Assembly (NCBI GenBank): GCA_964291265.2
Contig: OZ219747.1
Span: 2,528,001-2,592,000, forward strand
DNA from: Alphaproteobacteria bacterium
GTDB lineage: Bacteria; Pseudomonadota; Alphaproteobacteria; SP197
Direction of reading: 5' to 3'
DNA: 64,000 nt
Part shown: positions 30,729-41,525 of the stretch, piece after piece
Position numbering within the stretch: the stretch's first letter is position 1
Layout of the letters: each line of letters opens with the position of its first letter
Position numbers and translations under genes: made by a program
The notes under the pieces: generated by a model
The model's input: only the letters and a program-made list of their open reading frames with translations
Told to the model about the DNA's origin: nothing
Databases searched by the model: none

Positions 30729-31928
30729 ATGGGCACACGCAGAGGAAACGACGGCAACAACCATCTCCACGGCGGCGGCGGCAACGACAAGCTCTACGGC
30801 GGCGGCGGCGGCGACCATCTCTACGGCGGCGGCGGCAACAACAAGCTCTACGGCGGCGGCGGCCGCGACCATCTCTACGGCGGCGGCGGCAACAACAAGC
30901 TCTACGGCGGCGGCGGCCGCGACCATCTCTACGGCGGCGGCGGCAACAACAAGCTCTACGGCGGCGGCGGCGTTGACCACCTCTACGCCGGCGCCGGCGA
31001 CGACACGCTCGACGGCGGCGACGGCGATGACACGCTCTACGGCGGCGACGGCAACGACACGCTCTACGGCGGCGCTGGCAACGACGGGCTTTCTGGCGGC
31101 GCTGGCGACGACAGACTTTACGGCGGCGCTGGCAACGACGGGCTTTCTGGCGGCGCTGGCGACGACAGACTTTACGGCGGCGCTGGCAACGACGGGCTTT
31201 CTGGCGGCGCTGGCGACGACGGGCTTTCTGGCGGCGCTGGCGACGACAGACTTTACGGCGGCGCTGGCGACGACACGCTCCGGGGCGGCGACGGCAACGA
31301 CACGCTCCGGGGCGACGACGACTTCTTCGTGCGGATCTTCGGCGACGACAAGCTCTACGGCGGCGCTGGCGACGACAAGCTCTACGGCGGCGCTGGCGAC
31401 GACAAGCTCTACGGCGGCGCTGGCGACGACACGCTCTACGGCGACTACTTCTTCTTCGGCATTGTCAACGTGCGGATCTTCGGCGACGACAAGCTCTACG
31501 GCGGCGATGGCGACGACAAGCTCTACGGCGGCGCTGGCAACGACAGGCTCTACGGCGGCGCTGGCAACGACAGGCTCTACGGCGGCGACGGCAACGACAG
31601 GCTCTGGGGCGGCACGGACAACGACACGCTCTACGGCACCGACGGCCACGACCAGCTCCACGGCGGGAAGGGCAACGACACGCTCCGGGGCGGCACCGGC
31701 AACGACCGCTTCATCTTCAACGCCGAAAGCGACCACGACACCATCGAGGACTTCGGCGACGGCGACGATACCATCGTGTTCAAGCAGAAGCTGGCCTACG
31801 CCGACATCATCATCAAGGACCGCGCCGGCAACGCCGTCATCACCGGCCCGAACGATGACTGGTCCATCACGCTTGAAGGCGTGACCGCCTCGGATCTCAC
31901 CGAAAGCGACTTTGAGTTTCTGGGATAG
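30729..31928 (+). CDS. RTX Ca-binding repeat protein
   Basis: More than 30 GGxGxDxL nonapeptides in 27/54-bp DNA repeats; C-terminus DTIEDFGDG...LTESDFEFLG. Confidence 0.9.
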   Translation: MGTRRGNDGNNHLHGGGGNDKLYGGGGGDHLYGGGGNNKLYGGGGRDHLYGGGGNNKLYGGGGRDHLYGGGGNNKLYGGGGVDHLYAGAGDDTLDGGDGDDTLYGGDGNDTLYGGAGNDGLSGGAGDDRLYGGAGNDGLSGGAGDDRLYGGAGNDGLSGGAGDDGLSGGAGDDRLYGGAGDDTLRGGDGNDTLRGDDDFFVRIFGDDKLYGGAGDDKLYGGAGDDKLYGGAGDDTLYGDYFFFGIVNVRIFGDDKLYGGDGDDKLYGGAGNDRLYGGAGNDRLYGGDGNDRLWGGTDNDTLYGTDGHDQLHGGKGNDTLRGGTGNDRFIFNAESDHDTIEDFGDGDDTIVFKQKLAYADIIIKDRAGNAVITGPNDDWSITLEGVTASDLTESDFEFLG

Positions 31929-32079
31929 CTCGCGGCGTAGTCCTCGCTCGCAAGCTCGCATTGTCCCACCCCGCGAGCACCCTAACGAACCGGGCGAGAG
32001 GCTTATGTAAGCATGAGAGAGCGGCGCGGGTGTCGTCGCCGGGGCGCGGTCGCACGCGCAAGCGCGCACGTCGACCCTT

Positions 32080-33268
32080 TCAATGGCGCACTGACGACTC
32101 GATGTTGGCGTAGTCACGCATGACCCGGTAGTTTACGGTGAAGAGTGACAGGATCAGGTATCCTTCCCAGAGCTTGTGAGTGCCCGGCATGGGCTGGCGC
32201 TTCGACGGGATGAATCCGGCGAGGCGAACGGTGTTGACGGCGAACTCCGCGATCGCCTGATCCGGGTCGGGTGGGCCGCGTTGCTTGCGGTGGTTCGGCT
32301 TCGACATGTGGACGGCGAGGACATGGATCTCGTCCTCGTGGACGACCGTGCGCGCCGGCGTCGCCGGTACGCTCCACGCGAGGCGCTCAGGCGGACATGA
32401 CGGTGCATGCGGTGATGGCGTCGAAGGCGAGGCACTTCTTCAGGTCGTCGGCGGCGTTGAGCCTGCGGTCCTTGATCCGCGTCCCGGTCTTGACGGTGAG
32501 CGAACCACTCCTCGATCAGCCAGCGTTTCTCGTACCAAGTGACGATGCGGAGCGCGTTCTCCTGCGTGGGCTCGCCTTCGGTGGTCAGGAGCAGCCAGTC
32601 GAGCCGGTCCCTGCCCGTCGGCGGCGTCTTCTCCAGGACGCGCACTGCGAGCATGGCGAGTGGGGCCGTGCCCTTTGGCAGGTCAGCCGGCGGGACGAGG
32701 TCGACGAGACCGGCCCGCAGCTCCAGCTTGACGTCCTTGCGCCCCTTGCGCGTCCGGGGGCCGCCACAGGCCGCGATGTCGATCGTCTTCTCCGCGACGA
32801 CATCCAGTTCGGCCGCGTGCGCGAACAGGTCCTTGACCCTGCCGTCCGCCGTGATGGCCCGTCGCCGGCTCGAACGGCTGGCGCGGACCAGGAGGCCTGC
32901 GCCGCCGGGCGCGGCAGCGCAGGCCTCCGACAAGAGAGACCACATGTCGCCTTCACGGTCGCACACGGTCACCACGCGGGTTCGCGGGCAGGCCGCCGCC
33001 AGCTCGGCGGACTTGGCGAAGGCCTCCGTCCAGCGTCCGCTTTCCTCGCCCTCCACCGCCGTCGCCTTGTCCTCCGCGCGAAAGCCGGCATCAAGGCTGA
33101 ATACCCCCAGTGCGCAACCGCCCTCGCTGAACGCAACGCCGGCATGAGCCGCGATCCCCTTGCTTCCAGAGCCGCCGCCGCCGATGTCGACAAGGCCCTG
33201 CGTCGCCTTCAGGCCGCTGTAGTTCAGCATCGTCGTGTCCTGAACCGCAAGCACGACAGACTGCCCGG
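32080..33268 (-). pseudogene. IS4 transposase b, 3' part, frameshifted
   Basis: VLAVQDTT, CDREGD, WLLLTT, YEKRWLIEEW, RLAGFIPSKRQPMPG. Confidence 0.85.
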
Positions 33269-33385
33269 CAAGGCCTTCCCACGCTGGAATTCGCTTGATT
33301 TCACTTGACGTCAGGCGTTCGTATGTTGCACGCGCGCGGACATTTTCCGCTGGCCATCCCGCTTGGGATGTGCGACGGTCCGGTC

Positions 33386-35333
33386 ATGTCGATTCGCAAG
33401 CTCATGGAAGCTGTCCCGATCCATCAGGAAGCACCTGAGGGTTTTTCCCTGTCTGAGGTCGATGTTCGCCTGGCGAGGCCGGAGGAGCGTCCGCTGTGGG
33501 ACGCGCTGATGAACAAGCACCACTATCTCGGCTTCCGTCGCCTGGCGGGTCGCGGTCTGCGCTACCTTGCGACCTTCAGGGGCCATTGGCTGGGGCTGGC
33601 GGCGTGGCAGAACGGCGCCTTCAAGTGCGCTCCCCGCGACCAGTGGACCGGCTGGAAGCCGGAGCAGCAGTTCCAGCGGCTCTCGATGGTAGCCAACAAC
33701 ACGCGGTTCTTGATCCTCTCCAAGCCCGGGGTGTTTGCGAACCTTGCTTCTGAGTTTCCTTGCGTGCATGACGCGCCGGCTCTGTGACGATTGGCTGCAG
33801 GTGCACGGCCACGGGGTGCTGCTGGCGGAGACGTTCTGCGATCCGGAGATCTTTGCCGGCACGATGTTGAAGGCTGCGGGCTGGACGTGTCTGGGTGAGA
33901 CCAAGGGGTTTGCCCGCTCCAACGGGCGTTACACCGATCCTCACGGCAAGCCCAAGGATATCTACGTTACGGCACTGAGGCGCGATGCCCGGGCGCTGCT
34001 GTCGAGCCCGCTGCCGCTTCCCCCCGACGTGGCGCCGCCCTCATGCCCCGAACTGGCGCCCCGGGACCCCAAGGTGCTGCGCTCGCTCTACGCCGAGCTC
34101 GCGGCCATTCCCGACTTCCGCCGGGCGCAGGGAAGGAAGCATACCGCGGCATCGGTGCTCACCGTGCACGTGCTCGCCGAGTTCGCCAACATGAAGGGCT
34201 GTGTCGCCGCCGCGCAGTTCGCGCGGTCCCTGTCCCAGGAGGAGTTGGAGGCCATCGGCGCGTGGCTTAACCCGAAGACGGGGCTTCGCGAGCCCGTCTC
34301 CAAGTCCACCATCCACCGGGTTATCCAGTCGATCGACCCCGAGGCTCTGGAGGATGTGCTCACCCGCTGGTCCCGGCCTCGGCTTCACCTCGCCCGTGCA
34401 CTCGCCGCCGACGGCAAGCGCATCCGCGGCGCCAACCGCAACGGCGATGGCCGTCACGAGACCGTGGCCCTTGTCGACCATGAGACCGGCGCGCCCTTTT
34501 CCCTCCTGAACTTCAACGACGAAGGCGGCGAACTGGCGGCCATGCACGATCTCCTGGAGCGCAGCGACATCGGCGGCAAGGTGATCACCCTCGACGCGCT
34601 GCATACGACACGCCATACCGCGAAGCTGATCACACAACGCGCGGATTACGTCTTCGTCGTCAAGGGCAACGCTCCGGAGACCTTCGCCATCCTCGACAGC
34701 ATCAATTGGCAAAAAGACGCTACCGGCCACTTCACGGAGCCGTTCGACAAGGCGCACGGTCGACTGGAACAGCGTTCGATCAGCGTCCTCGTCCCGTTGG
34801 ACGGTCTGATCAACTATCCGGGCGTCCGTCAGGTCGCCCGCATCACCCGCTATCGGGAGCCGTGGAAGAAAGGCTCCGGCGATGCCGGGAAGGAAGGCTC
34901 CGGCGATGCCGGGAAGGAAGGCCCCGGCGATGCCGGGAAGGAAGGCTCCGGCGATGCCGGGAAGAAAGGCCCCGGCGATGCCGGGAAGAAAGGCTCCGGC
35001 GATGCCGGGAAGCAAGAAGAGAAGGATTACACGGAAACCGATTACATCATCACCTCTCTCGATACGGGGGCCACGTCGCCGGAAGAGTTGCTGCGACTGA
35101 ACCGCCGCCACTGGGCCGTGGAAAATCTGAACCATCGACAAAGGGATTGCGTCTTCGGCGAAGACGCCTGCCTGACCCGCACCGACAACGGCCCGGCGAA
35201 CCGGGCCAGCCTCAACAACATCGCGCTCGCGGTGATCTTCGCCAACCGCCGCGAGGCCGAAAGCCTCGCCGAAACCCGGCGCCGCCTACAACTGGACCGT
35301 CGCGAGGCCATCAACGCCCTGACCCGGCCCTGA
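33386..35333 (+). pseudogene. DUF4338-ISAs1 transposase, frameshift near 33750
   Basis: HHYLG, NNTRFL, NLAS; ADGK, TLDALH, AHGRLEQR, HWAVEN. Confidence 0.85.
34866..35012 (+). repeat. In-frame 24-bp tandem repeat x6
   Basis: aag(a/g)aaggc(t/c)ccggcgatgccggg encoding K(K/E)G(S/P)GDAG. Confidence 0.95.
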
Positions 35334-36318
35334 GACGCCTTGAGCGTCCGGGGACCCCGGAACGCTGCTAGAACTGTCGGCGGCGATTTAGAACGGCGGG
35401 ATATTGGCGGAGAACCGCTCTTTTGGGCGCTGATCGTGTGAGTGGGTGACCACGACAGGAGAACGTGCGGCATTGGACGAAGGTCCGCCCGGTCTTTGTT
35501 TTCTGCCTATTGTTGGATCCCATTGGTCTTGCATTGACGTTGACGATGTCGTTCCGGTCGGCGTTTTCTGGCGTTCGGCGTTTGTGGAACGTGATGTGGG
35601 AGGGGAGCTTCAGGCTTTTGCGCGTGGTTTCGTTCTGGCGTTCTCCGGCCTCGTCGTGGTTCGTCGGGCGGGACGATCTCGAGGCTGGAGAGCTGACGGT
35701 TTCTGTTGCGCTGGGCGAAGAGGCTGCGTGCGTTGCGGTTGCGGCGGCGCAGGGTGCGGCAGGCGTCGAGTGTTTTCGGGCGGATGCTGCGACCTGTGAG
35801 CCAGTCCGGCGGCGGATCGGGCGTTGCTGCGGCTCAGCGGCTGCGGCAGTCTCGTGATGTGGTGTCGTTTGGACGGCCCGGGGGTTTCCCGGGGAGGCTG
35901 AGAGGCGCGTCGGGGTGAGACGTTCTCATTCCTGGATGGTAACGCGTGACCGCGTTCAAGGGTCTTGCGAGATTACGTGTCCCTTCCGTAGCCGCGTGGC
36001 GGTTCGATGTCCTCGAGAGCCTCGATGTCGGCATCGGCGACGCTCTGCAGGCGTTCTCCGTAAGGCGTGTCACGGAGGGTTTCGGGGATGCTGTCGAGGC
36101 GGTCACGCCATTCGTCCTGCAGGGTGCGGCAGGCGTCGAGTGTTTTCGGGCGGATGCTGCGACCTGTAAGCCAGTCCGGCCAGCGGCTGCGGCAGTCTCG
36201 TGATGCGGTGTCGTTTGGACGGCCCGGGAGTTTCCCGGGGAGGCTGAGCGGCGCGTCGGGGTGAGACGTTCTCATTCCTGGATGGTAACGCGTGACCGCG
36301 TTCAAGGGTCTTGCGGGA

Positions 36319-36639
36319 TCACGTATCCCTTCCGTAGCCGCGTGGCGGTTCGATGTCCTCGAGGGCCTCGATGTCGGCATCGGCGACGCTCTGCAGGCGT
36401 TCTCCGTAAGGCGTGTCACGGAGGCTTTCGGGGATGCTGTCGAGGTGGTCACGCCATTCGTCCTGCAGGGCGCGCAGTTCGGCCACGGCGTCGTTCCAGC
36501 GTTGCGGTCGCGAGCGCCGGTCACGGTGCTTTGGGGTGTGGACGGGAGGGATGCCGGCCTTGCGCCGTTCCCGGTATCGCCGCTGCTTTTCGGCGGGCGT
36601 GAGGGGCATGAGTGGTCTCCTTGTGACGGACGTGGTCAT
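36319..36639 (-). CDS. Small accessory protein (intact copy)
   Basis: MPLTPAEKQRRYRERRK...RWNDAVAELRALQDEW...IEPPRGYGRD; coupled to the toprim stop. Confidence 0.75.
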   Translation of the reverse strand: MTTSVTRRPLMPLTPAEKQRRYRERRKAGIPPVHTPKHRDRRSRPQRWNDAVAELRALQDEWRDHLDSIPESLRDTPYGERLQSVADADIEALEDIEPPRGYGRDT

Positions 36640-37529
36640 GATCTCGCTTGTGGTTCTTTGGTCCTGGCGTTGACGACGTCGTTCCAGTCGGCGTTTTCCG
36701 GCGGTCTGCGTCTGTGGAACGAGACGTGGGAGGGGAGCTTCATCTTTTTGCGCAGGGTTTCGGCCTGTCGCTCTCCGGCCTCGTCGTGGTCCTGGGCGAG
36801 GACGATGGTCCTGACGTTGGGCAGGCTGCTTGCGGCGAGGCTGATCTGTTCGTGCTGTCTTCGCGAGGGTGCCCCGGCGGTGGAGAGGAAGGCGTGGCTG
36901 GGGGGACATTGGTCGATCTGGGCCAGGCTGAGGGCGTCGACGGCGCTTTCGGTGATGACGAGGGCCTCGAGGTCCGCGGCGGTTCCGGCGCGGACGGCGA
37001 ACAGGCTTCGGGTTCCACCGGTGGCGAAGCGTTTCGGTCCGTCGGGGGGACCGATCTCGAAGCCGGTGAGCTTTCGCTTCCTGTTGCGATGGGCGAAGAG
37101 GACGCGTCCGTTGTGGTCGCGGCGGACCAGGGGGCGGCAGGTGTCGAGGGTCTCCGGGAGGATGCCGCGCCCGGTGAGCCAGTCCGGGGCCGCATCGGGC
37201 GTTGCCGCGGCCCAGAGGCTGCGGAAGTCGCGTGGCGCGGTGTCGGGTGCTGTGAAGCGGGTGCAGATGTCGGCGAAGGCCAGTCCGCGGTTGAGCATGA
37301 AGTCGATGACGGTTCCGTTGTCTTCATCGTTCTGGGTGTTGAAGTAGACCCAGTGTCCGTTGTTGAGGCACTTCGTGACGAGCTTCGGCAGGCCGGGTGC
37401 GCACAGGACGGGGTTGGCGCGTGTCGAGGCCTGTTCGTCGCGGACGTATCCCCAGTCGGCGGCGATGCGTTCGAACGGCATGCGCTTGACGGCGTCGAAG
37501 TCGACGCGGCGGGGTTTATCGGGTTTCAC
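36636..37529 (-). CDS. Toprim (primase-like) protein
   Basis: Copy of 12004-12897. Confidence 0.85.
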   Translation of the reverse strand: MKPDKPRRVDFDAVKRMPFERIAADWGYVRDEQASTRANPVLCAPGLPKLVTKCLNNGHWVYFNTQNDEDNGTVIDFMLNRGLAFADICTRFTAPDTAPRDFRSLWAAATPDAAPDWLTGRGILPETLDTCRPLVRRDHNGRVLFAHRNRKRKLTGFEIGPPDGPKRFATGGTRSLFAVRAGTAADLEALVITESAVDALSLAQIDQCPPSHAFLSTAGAPSRRQHEQISLAASSLPNVRTIVLAQDHDEAGERQAETLRKKMKLPSHVSFHRRRPPENADWNDVVNARTKEPQARS

Positions 37530-38217
37530 GCCTGAGCCGCCAGGAGTCGCTGTCGATGGAGATGAGGGTTGCGTCGTGCATGAGCCGGTCGACGGTGCCG
37601 GCGATGCCGGAGGCGCTGGGGAAGACGCGGTCCCACTGGGCGAAGGCGAGGCTTGTCGTGACCATGGTCGAGCGGCGCTGATAGCGCCGCGAGACGATGG
37701 CGTAGAGGATGTCGGCATGGTGGCTTTCGAGGGTCACGTAGCCGATTTCGTCGAGGATGAGCAGGCGGGGCCTGGCGAGGATCGCGAGGCGGCGGCGCAG
37801 CTCGCTGCGCGAGACGGTCTCGGCGAGTGCCTCGAGCAGTTCCGGCGCCTTCTCGAAGCGGACGGTGTGGCCGTGCAGCAGGGCCTGGTGCGCCACGTTG
37901 GCGGCGATCATGGTCTTTCCGGTGCCCTGCCCGCCGACGAGCACGGCGTTGTCCGCACGGTCGACGAAGCCGAGGCCGAGGAGCGCTTCGACATGAGCCC
38001 GGCTGATGTCGCGCGGCCATGTCCAGTCGAAGTCCGCCAGGGGCTTGAAGGCGGGCAGCCGCGCCGCGGCGCGGCGGCGCTCGTGGCTGCGGGCCCTGCG
38101 GGCCTGTTCCTCGCCGCTGACCACCTCCTCGATCCATGCGGTCCCGGCGACCTCGTCCCAGCGTTCGACGAGCCCGTGGAGGCCGAGCGCCCGGGCACGC
38201 TCCCTGAGCTCGCTCAT
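37516..38217 (-). CDS. istB: IS21 helper ATPase
   Basis: Copy of 11316-12017. Confidence 0.93.
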   Translation of the reverse strand: MSELRERARALGLHGLVERWDEVAGTAWIEEVVSGEEQARRARSHERRRAAARLPAFKPLADFDWTWPRDISRAHVEALLGLGFVDRADNAVLVGGQGTGKTMIAANVAHQALLHGHTVRFEKAPELLEALAETVSRSELRRRLAILARPRLLILDEIGYVTLESHHADILYAIVSRRYQRRSTMVTTSLAFAQWDRVFPSASGIAGTVDRLMHDATLISIDSDSWRLRRETR

Positions 38218-39707
38218 GTCTTGTTCCTGGCGCTGGCTTCGGGCCTGTCGTAGGCGTCGAGAGCGGTCCCCCGCGGCGTCGTGCCACGGCCGCCGCGGCC
38301 GTCGTCGGCGATGCTGAGGGGCGGCAGGCCCTGCTCCCGGCGGCGCTCCTCGATGATGACGCGCACGGTTTCGGGGTGGCACGAGCCGCGCTCCAGCGCC
38401 GTGGCGACAGCCCGGTCGAGAGCGTCGGCGCCGTGCGCGTTGAGAAGCGTCTCCAGCATCCGGGCGCAGGAGGCCACGTTGCGCCCGTTGGTCCCGGCGC
38501 GCGCCAGCATCTCCTCGGCCCGCGGCACGGTGCGCAGGACCCGGTCGCGGACGCTCATGGAGCGGGCCCGCCGCTTGCCCGCGGCGATCGCCCTGGCATG
38601 CTCCGGATCGGTGACGGCCTGCTTCCTGTCGTAGGAGCGTCGGTGGCGCGCGACCTCGTCGGCGCCGTCGAGGATGCGGACCTCGTCGCGGTCGGCGACC
38701 AGCGTCAGCAGGGCCTTGGAGAAGCTACCCGGAACGCTGTAGTCGTTGGTGTCGAAGCGGGCGTGGCAGGTCTTGTCGATGCGCACCGGGCGGACCTCGT
38801 GATGCGGGAAGGGGTCGACGGGAAGGACGATCAGGTGCTCCCTCTCCCGGGCGAAGGCGTCCCGCACCAGGAGACTGTCGTCGTCCGGCCAGGGCCGCTC
38901 CGCGGCGGCGCCGAAGCACCACTCCCGAACTGCGGCGTTGAGCTCGCCGAGCGGGACCGTGATGTCGCGCCCGGCGAAGAACCCGGTGCGCGCGAAGCGC
39001 ACACGGCGTTCCACGCGGCCCTTCTCCTGCGGGCTCCTGGGCCAGGCGGCGCTCGGTTCGAAGGCATAGTGGGCCGCGAGGCCGAGCAGCATCGGATGAT
39101 AGGTGACCGCCTTGCCGCGGCGCGTCACCACGGCACTCTTCAGGTTGTCGTACAGAAGCCTCCGCGGCACACCCCCGAATGCCGCGAAAGCCTCGACATG
39201 GCCTTGCAGGAAGCTGGCCATCCGCGCGTCGTGGAACAGGCTCAGGACAGTCTGGCGCGAGTAGCTGAGGGTGACGAGAAGCCCCATGAGCCTGCGCTCC
39301 GCCCGGCCGATGCGGACCTTCCCGAACTCGGCCCAGTCAACCTGCGCCTGCTCGCCCGGAAGGAAGCTCAGCCGCAGCGACGGCTCGGGCCTCTTCACCG
39401 GCCTCAGCCCAAGGCGGCGCAGGTCGTGACGGAAGTGATCCTCGCCGCCGCGGTAGCCCAGAGCCACGACCTGTCGCCAGAGCGTGCTGGCCGGAAGGTC
39501 CGGCGACGCCTCAAGACGCTCCCCGAGGAAGGCAACGAAGGGGTCGATGAGCTTGGCCCGCGGCCGCCGCTCCTGCCCCGACGCCTTGAGCGCCCGCGTC
39601 ACCGTGCCGTGGTGCACGCCGAGATGCCGGGCAATCGTCCCCACAGCCCAGCCCTCGGCCCGCGACAGCCGCACGATCGTCGCCCGCGTGTCCTCGTCGA
39701 TCGCCAT
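38214..39707 (-). CDS. istA: IS21 transposase
   Basis: Copy of 9826-11319. Confidence 0.95.
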   Translation of the reverse strand: MAIDEDTRATIVRLSRAEGWAVGTIARHLGVHHGTVTRALKASGQERRPRAKLIDPFVAFLGERLEASPDLPASTLWRQVVALGYRGGEDHFRHDLRRLGLRPVKRPEPSLRLSFLPGEQAQVDWAEFGKVRIGRAERRLMGLLVTLSYSRQTVLSLFHDARMASFLQGHVEAFAAFGGVPRRLLYDNLKSAVVTRRGKAVTYHPMLLGLAAHYAFEPSAAWPRSPQEKGRVERRVRFARTGFFAGRDITVPLGELNAAVREWCFGAAAERPWPDDDSLLVRDAFAREREHLIVLPVDPFPHHEVRPVRIDKTCHARFDTNDYSVPGSFSKALLTLVADRDEVRILDGADEVARHRRSYDRKQAVTDPEHARAIAAGKRRARSMSVRDRVLRTVPRAEEMLARAGTNGRNVASCARMLETLLNAHGADALDRAVATALERGSCHPETVRVIIEERRREQGLPPLSIADDGRGGRGTTPRGTALDAYDRPEASARNKT

Positions 39708-39739
39708 GAACTCCCTCCCTTTGGTTCCTCAACGCCGCA

Positions 39740-40270
39740 TCACGGGTCCCTCAGCACCACATGCGTCACGACCCGTCCGCATCTGGCGCACCGAAGCGGC
39801 GATTCGCGCCGCTCTTGCGCCTTCACAACCGCAGGTAGGGAGGTCGGCAGCAGTCGGGAAGGGTGGTCCGTAACGATTTCTTCAGAACCGGCGTCTCCAG
39901 ACACCGCCGGAACGTCGCCAAGCAGCACCACAGCAGACGTCTGCGTGCCCATGATCTCGGCAACCATCGCCGCCCTGGCCTTCAACGCACGCGCCTCCTC
40001 CGCCTTGCGGAGCCGGTAACGCCGCTGGCGGTGACGGCCCGTCTCACGGCCCTTCAGCGTGCTCTGGTAGCGACGACGCGACGCGCGGCGCCGCTCGATC
40101 CGGGACCGCTCCCTGCACTCCTTGGAGCAATACACATGTCCCCGGTCACACGACCGGCAGAGAACAACCTGCCGCTGACACCGCCTGCAGTTGAACAGTC
40201 GTCCTGTCGTGCACACCGTCCGTCTCGAGAGCGGGGGTGGACCCGGACGCAAAATGGCTCGACAATACAC
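39740..40270 (-). CDS. Cys-rich accessory protein
   Basis: Copy of 9263-9793. Confidence 0.7.
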   Translation of the reverse strand: MYCRAILRPGPPPLSRRTVCTTGRLFNCRRCQRQVVLCRSCDRGHVYCSKECRERSRIERRRASRRRYQSTLKGRETGRHRQRRYRLRKAEEARALKARAAMVAEIMGTQTSAVVLLGDVPAVSGDAGSEEIVTDHPSRLLPTSLPAVVKAQERRESPLRCARCGRVVTHVVLRDP

Positions 40271-40887
40271 GGGAGTTCGGTCCCCCGTGACCGGCTCGTC
40301 CGGGTGCTGCGCCGGGGGGCGTCACAACTCCGCCCGGCATCGCATCGCTCTTTCTCTTGATGCCGATCTAGCATCCACCCGGGGCGGCGGCAAAGACGCC
40401 GCCCCGGGACCGGACAACGCGACCCGCCCACAGGGAAGACAAACAATCCCGCGAGTGCCTCGGAACCGGAACCCTCCCGGCAACCGTCACCAAGACCGAA
40501 GCAGAGGTCGACGGAACCCGAACCGGACCAAAACGACAATAGGAAAAGACGGCGGCGCTCGGGGAGACAACCAGCCGAACACTCAAACCACGACAACAGG
40601 ACGTGACAATAGGACCTGACAACAGGGAAGAAACACGACCCTGACAAAGCGCGGCAAATCGCCGAAATCCCGCCGTTCTATGCAGCCATCAACAAGAACA
40701 TCAAGAACCAAGCATCCGGGCCGAAAACGCTGCCGGTGTCGCCATGCGGACGGCACTGAAGCCACGGAATCCGTCCAGGACATCCCGATTCGGCCTCGAT
40801 TCGTCGGCCTCGCGAAAGATCAGATGGCCGATTCGGGCGCGATTCATCGGCTTCCCGAAAAATCAGCCGTAGCGTAGGAAAGTCCTG

Positions 40888-41254
40888 ACTGGCTGCGGCA
40901 ACGCTCAACCATCGCCTCCTGATGCGGTTCAAGGATGTCTTGCATGCCGATCCTCGGGTTCGACAGGAACCTGTAAGCCGCCTGCTGCTCCGCCTCGCCG
41001 GGAAAGATCACCGGCAGCGGCGCACCCGGACGACCGCACCAGGCATCGCCCATCGTGACAAGGCGCTTGCGCACGCGCGCGTCGCTGTGCGCGCTCCGTC
41101 CGTACTCCGCCTCGGCCCATGTTGCATCCTCCCCCAAGGCGAGATGCGGGCCTGAACCGATCACCCGGTCCGGCGCCCGCCCGAGAGACTCCCGCCAGTC
41201 CGCCGACAGCGGCTTCACGTACACCCGCAACCGAGGCCCAGCTCCCGACAGCAC
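40888..41254 (-). pseudogene. IS4 transposase b, upstream part (5'-truncated)
   Basis: WAEAEYG, DARVRKRL, AAYRFLSN, ILEPH. Confidence 0.8.
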
Positions 41255-41259
41255 GTCCA

Positions 41260-41514
41260 GTCAGTCAGATCAACGGTCTCCGGTGTGACCTTGTGGGCCA
41301 CACCCCGGGGCAGATCCTTCTCGAGAGCGTCTACCGCTTCAAGGGGCAGCAGGCGCCGGCGATCATCGCGATCGACATCGAGAGCGGTGGTGATGACGAG
41401 GAGCACCTTCAATGCCTCCTCTACACGATGTTCATCCGCGCCACCGTGCGTCTCGACGTCCTGGTGAAGTCCGGCGATCCGCTCGAGACGCGTCTGGTCG
41501 AGGCAGCCGGGTGA
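41260..41514 (+). pseudogene. UvrD-like helicase C-terminal fragment
   Basis: ESVYRFKGQ and LLYTMFIRA resemble SF1 motifs V/VI; probable 3' end of the NERD gene at 24766. Confidence 0.7.
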
Positions 41515-41525
41515 ACGCCGGGACC

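Larger units (their letters stand above)
35375..40694 (-). mobile_element. IS21-like element with cargo, copy 2 (5320 bp)
   Basis: Inverted copy of 8839-14182 with a 24-bp deletion; own 5-bp TSD AGAAC at 35370-35374 and 40695-40699. Confidence 0.93.
33269..40887 (+). mobile_element. Second ISAs1-family element, hosting IS21-like copy 2
   Basis: IRs CAAGGCCTTCCCACGCT / AGCGTAGGAAAGTCCTG; TSD degenerate; splits IS4b near RCRSQ|SVVLAVQD. Confidence 0.8.

Noticed and set aside
30729-31928. DGR-like template/variable repeat pair in the RTX gene
   Set aside because: Differences are indels and not adenine-specific; no reverse transcriptase in the window
8839-40694. Inverted 5.3-kb repeat as assembly artefact or invertible segment
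   Set aside because: Each copy has its own TSD and private mutations, indicating independent insertions
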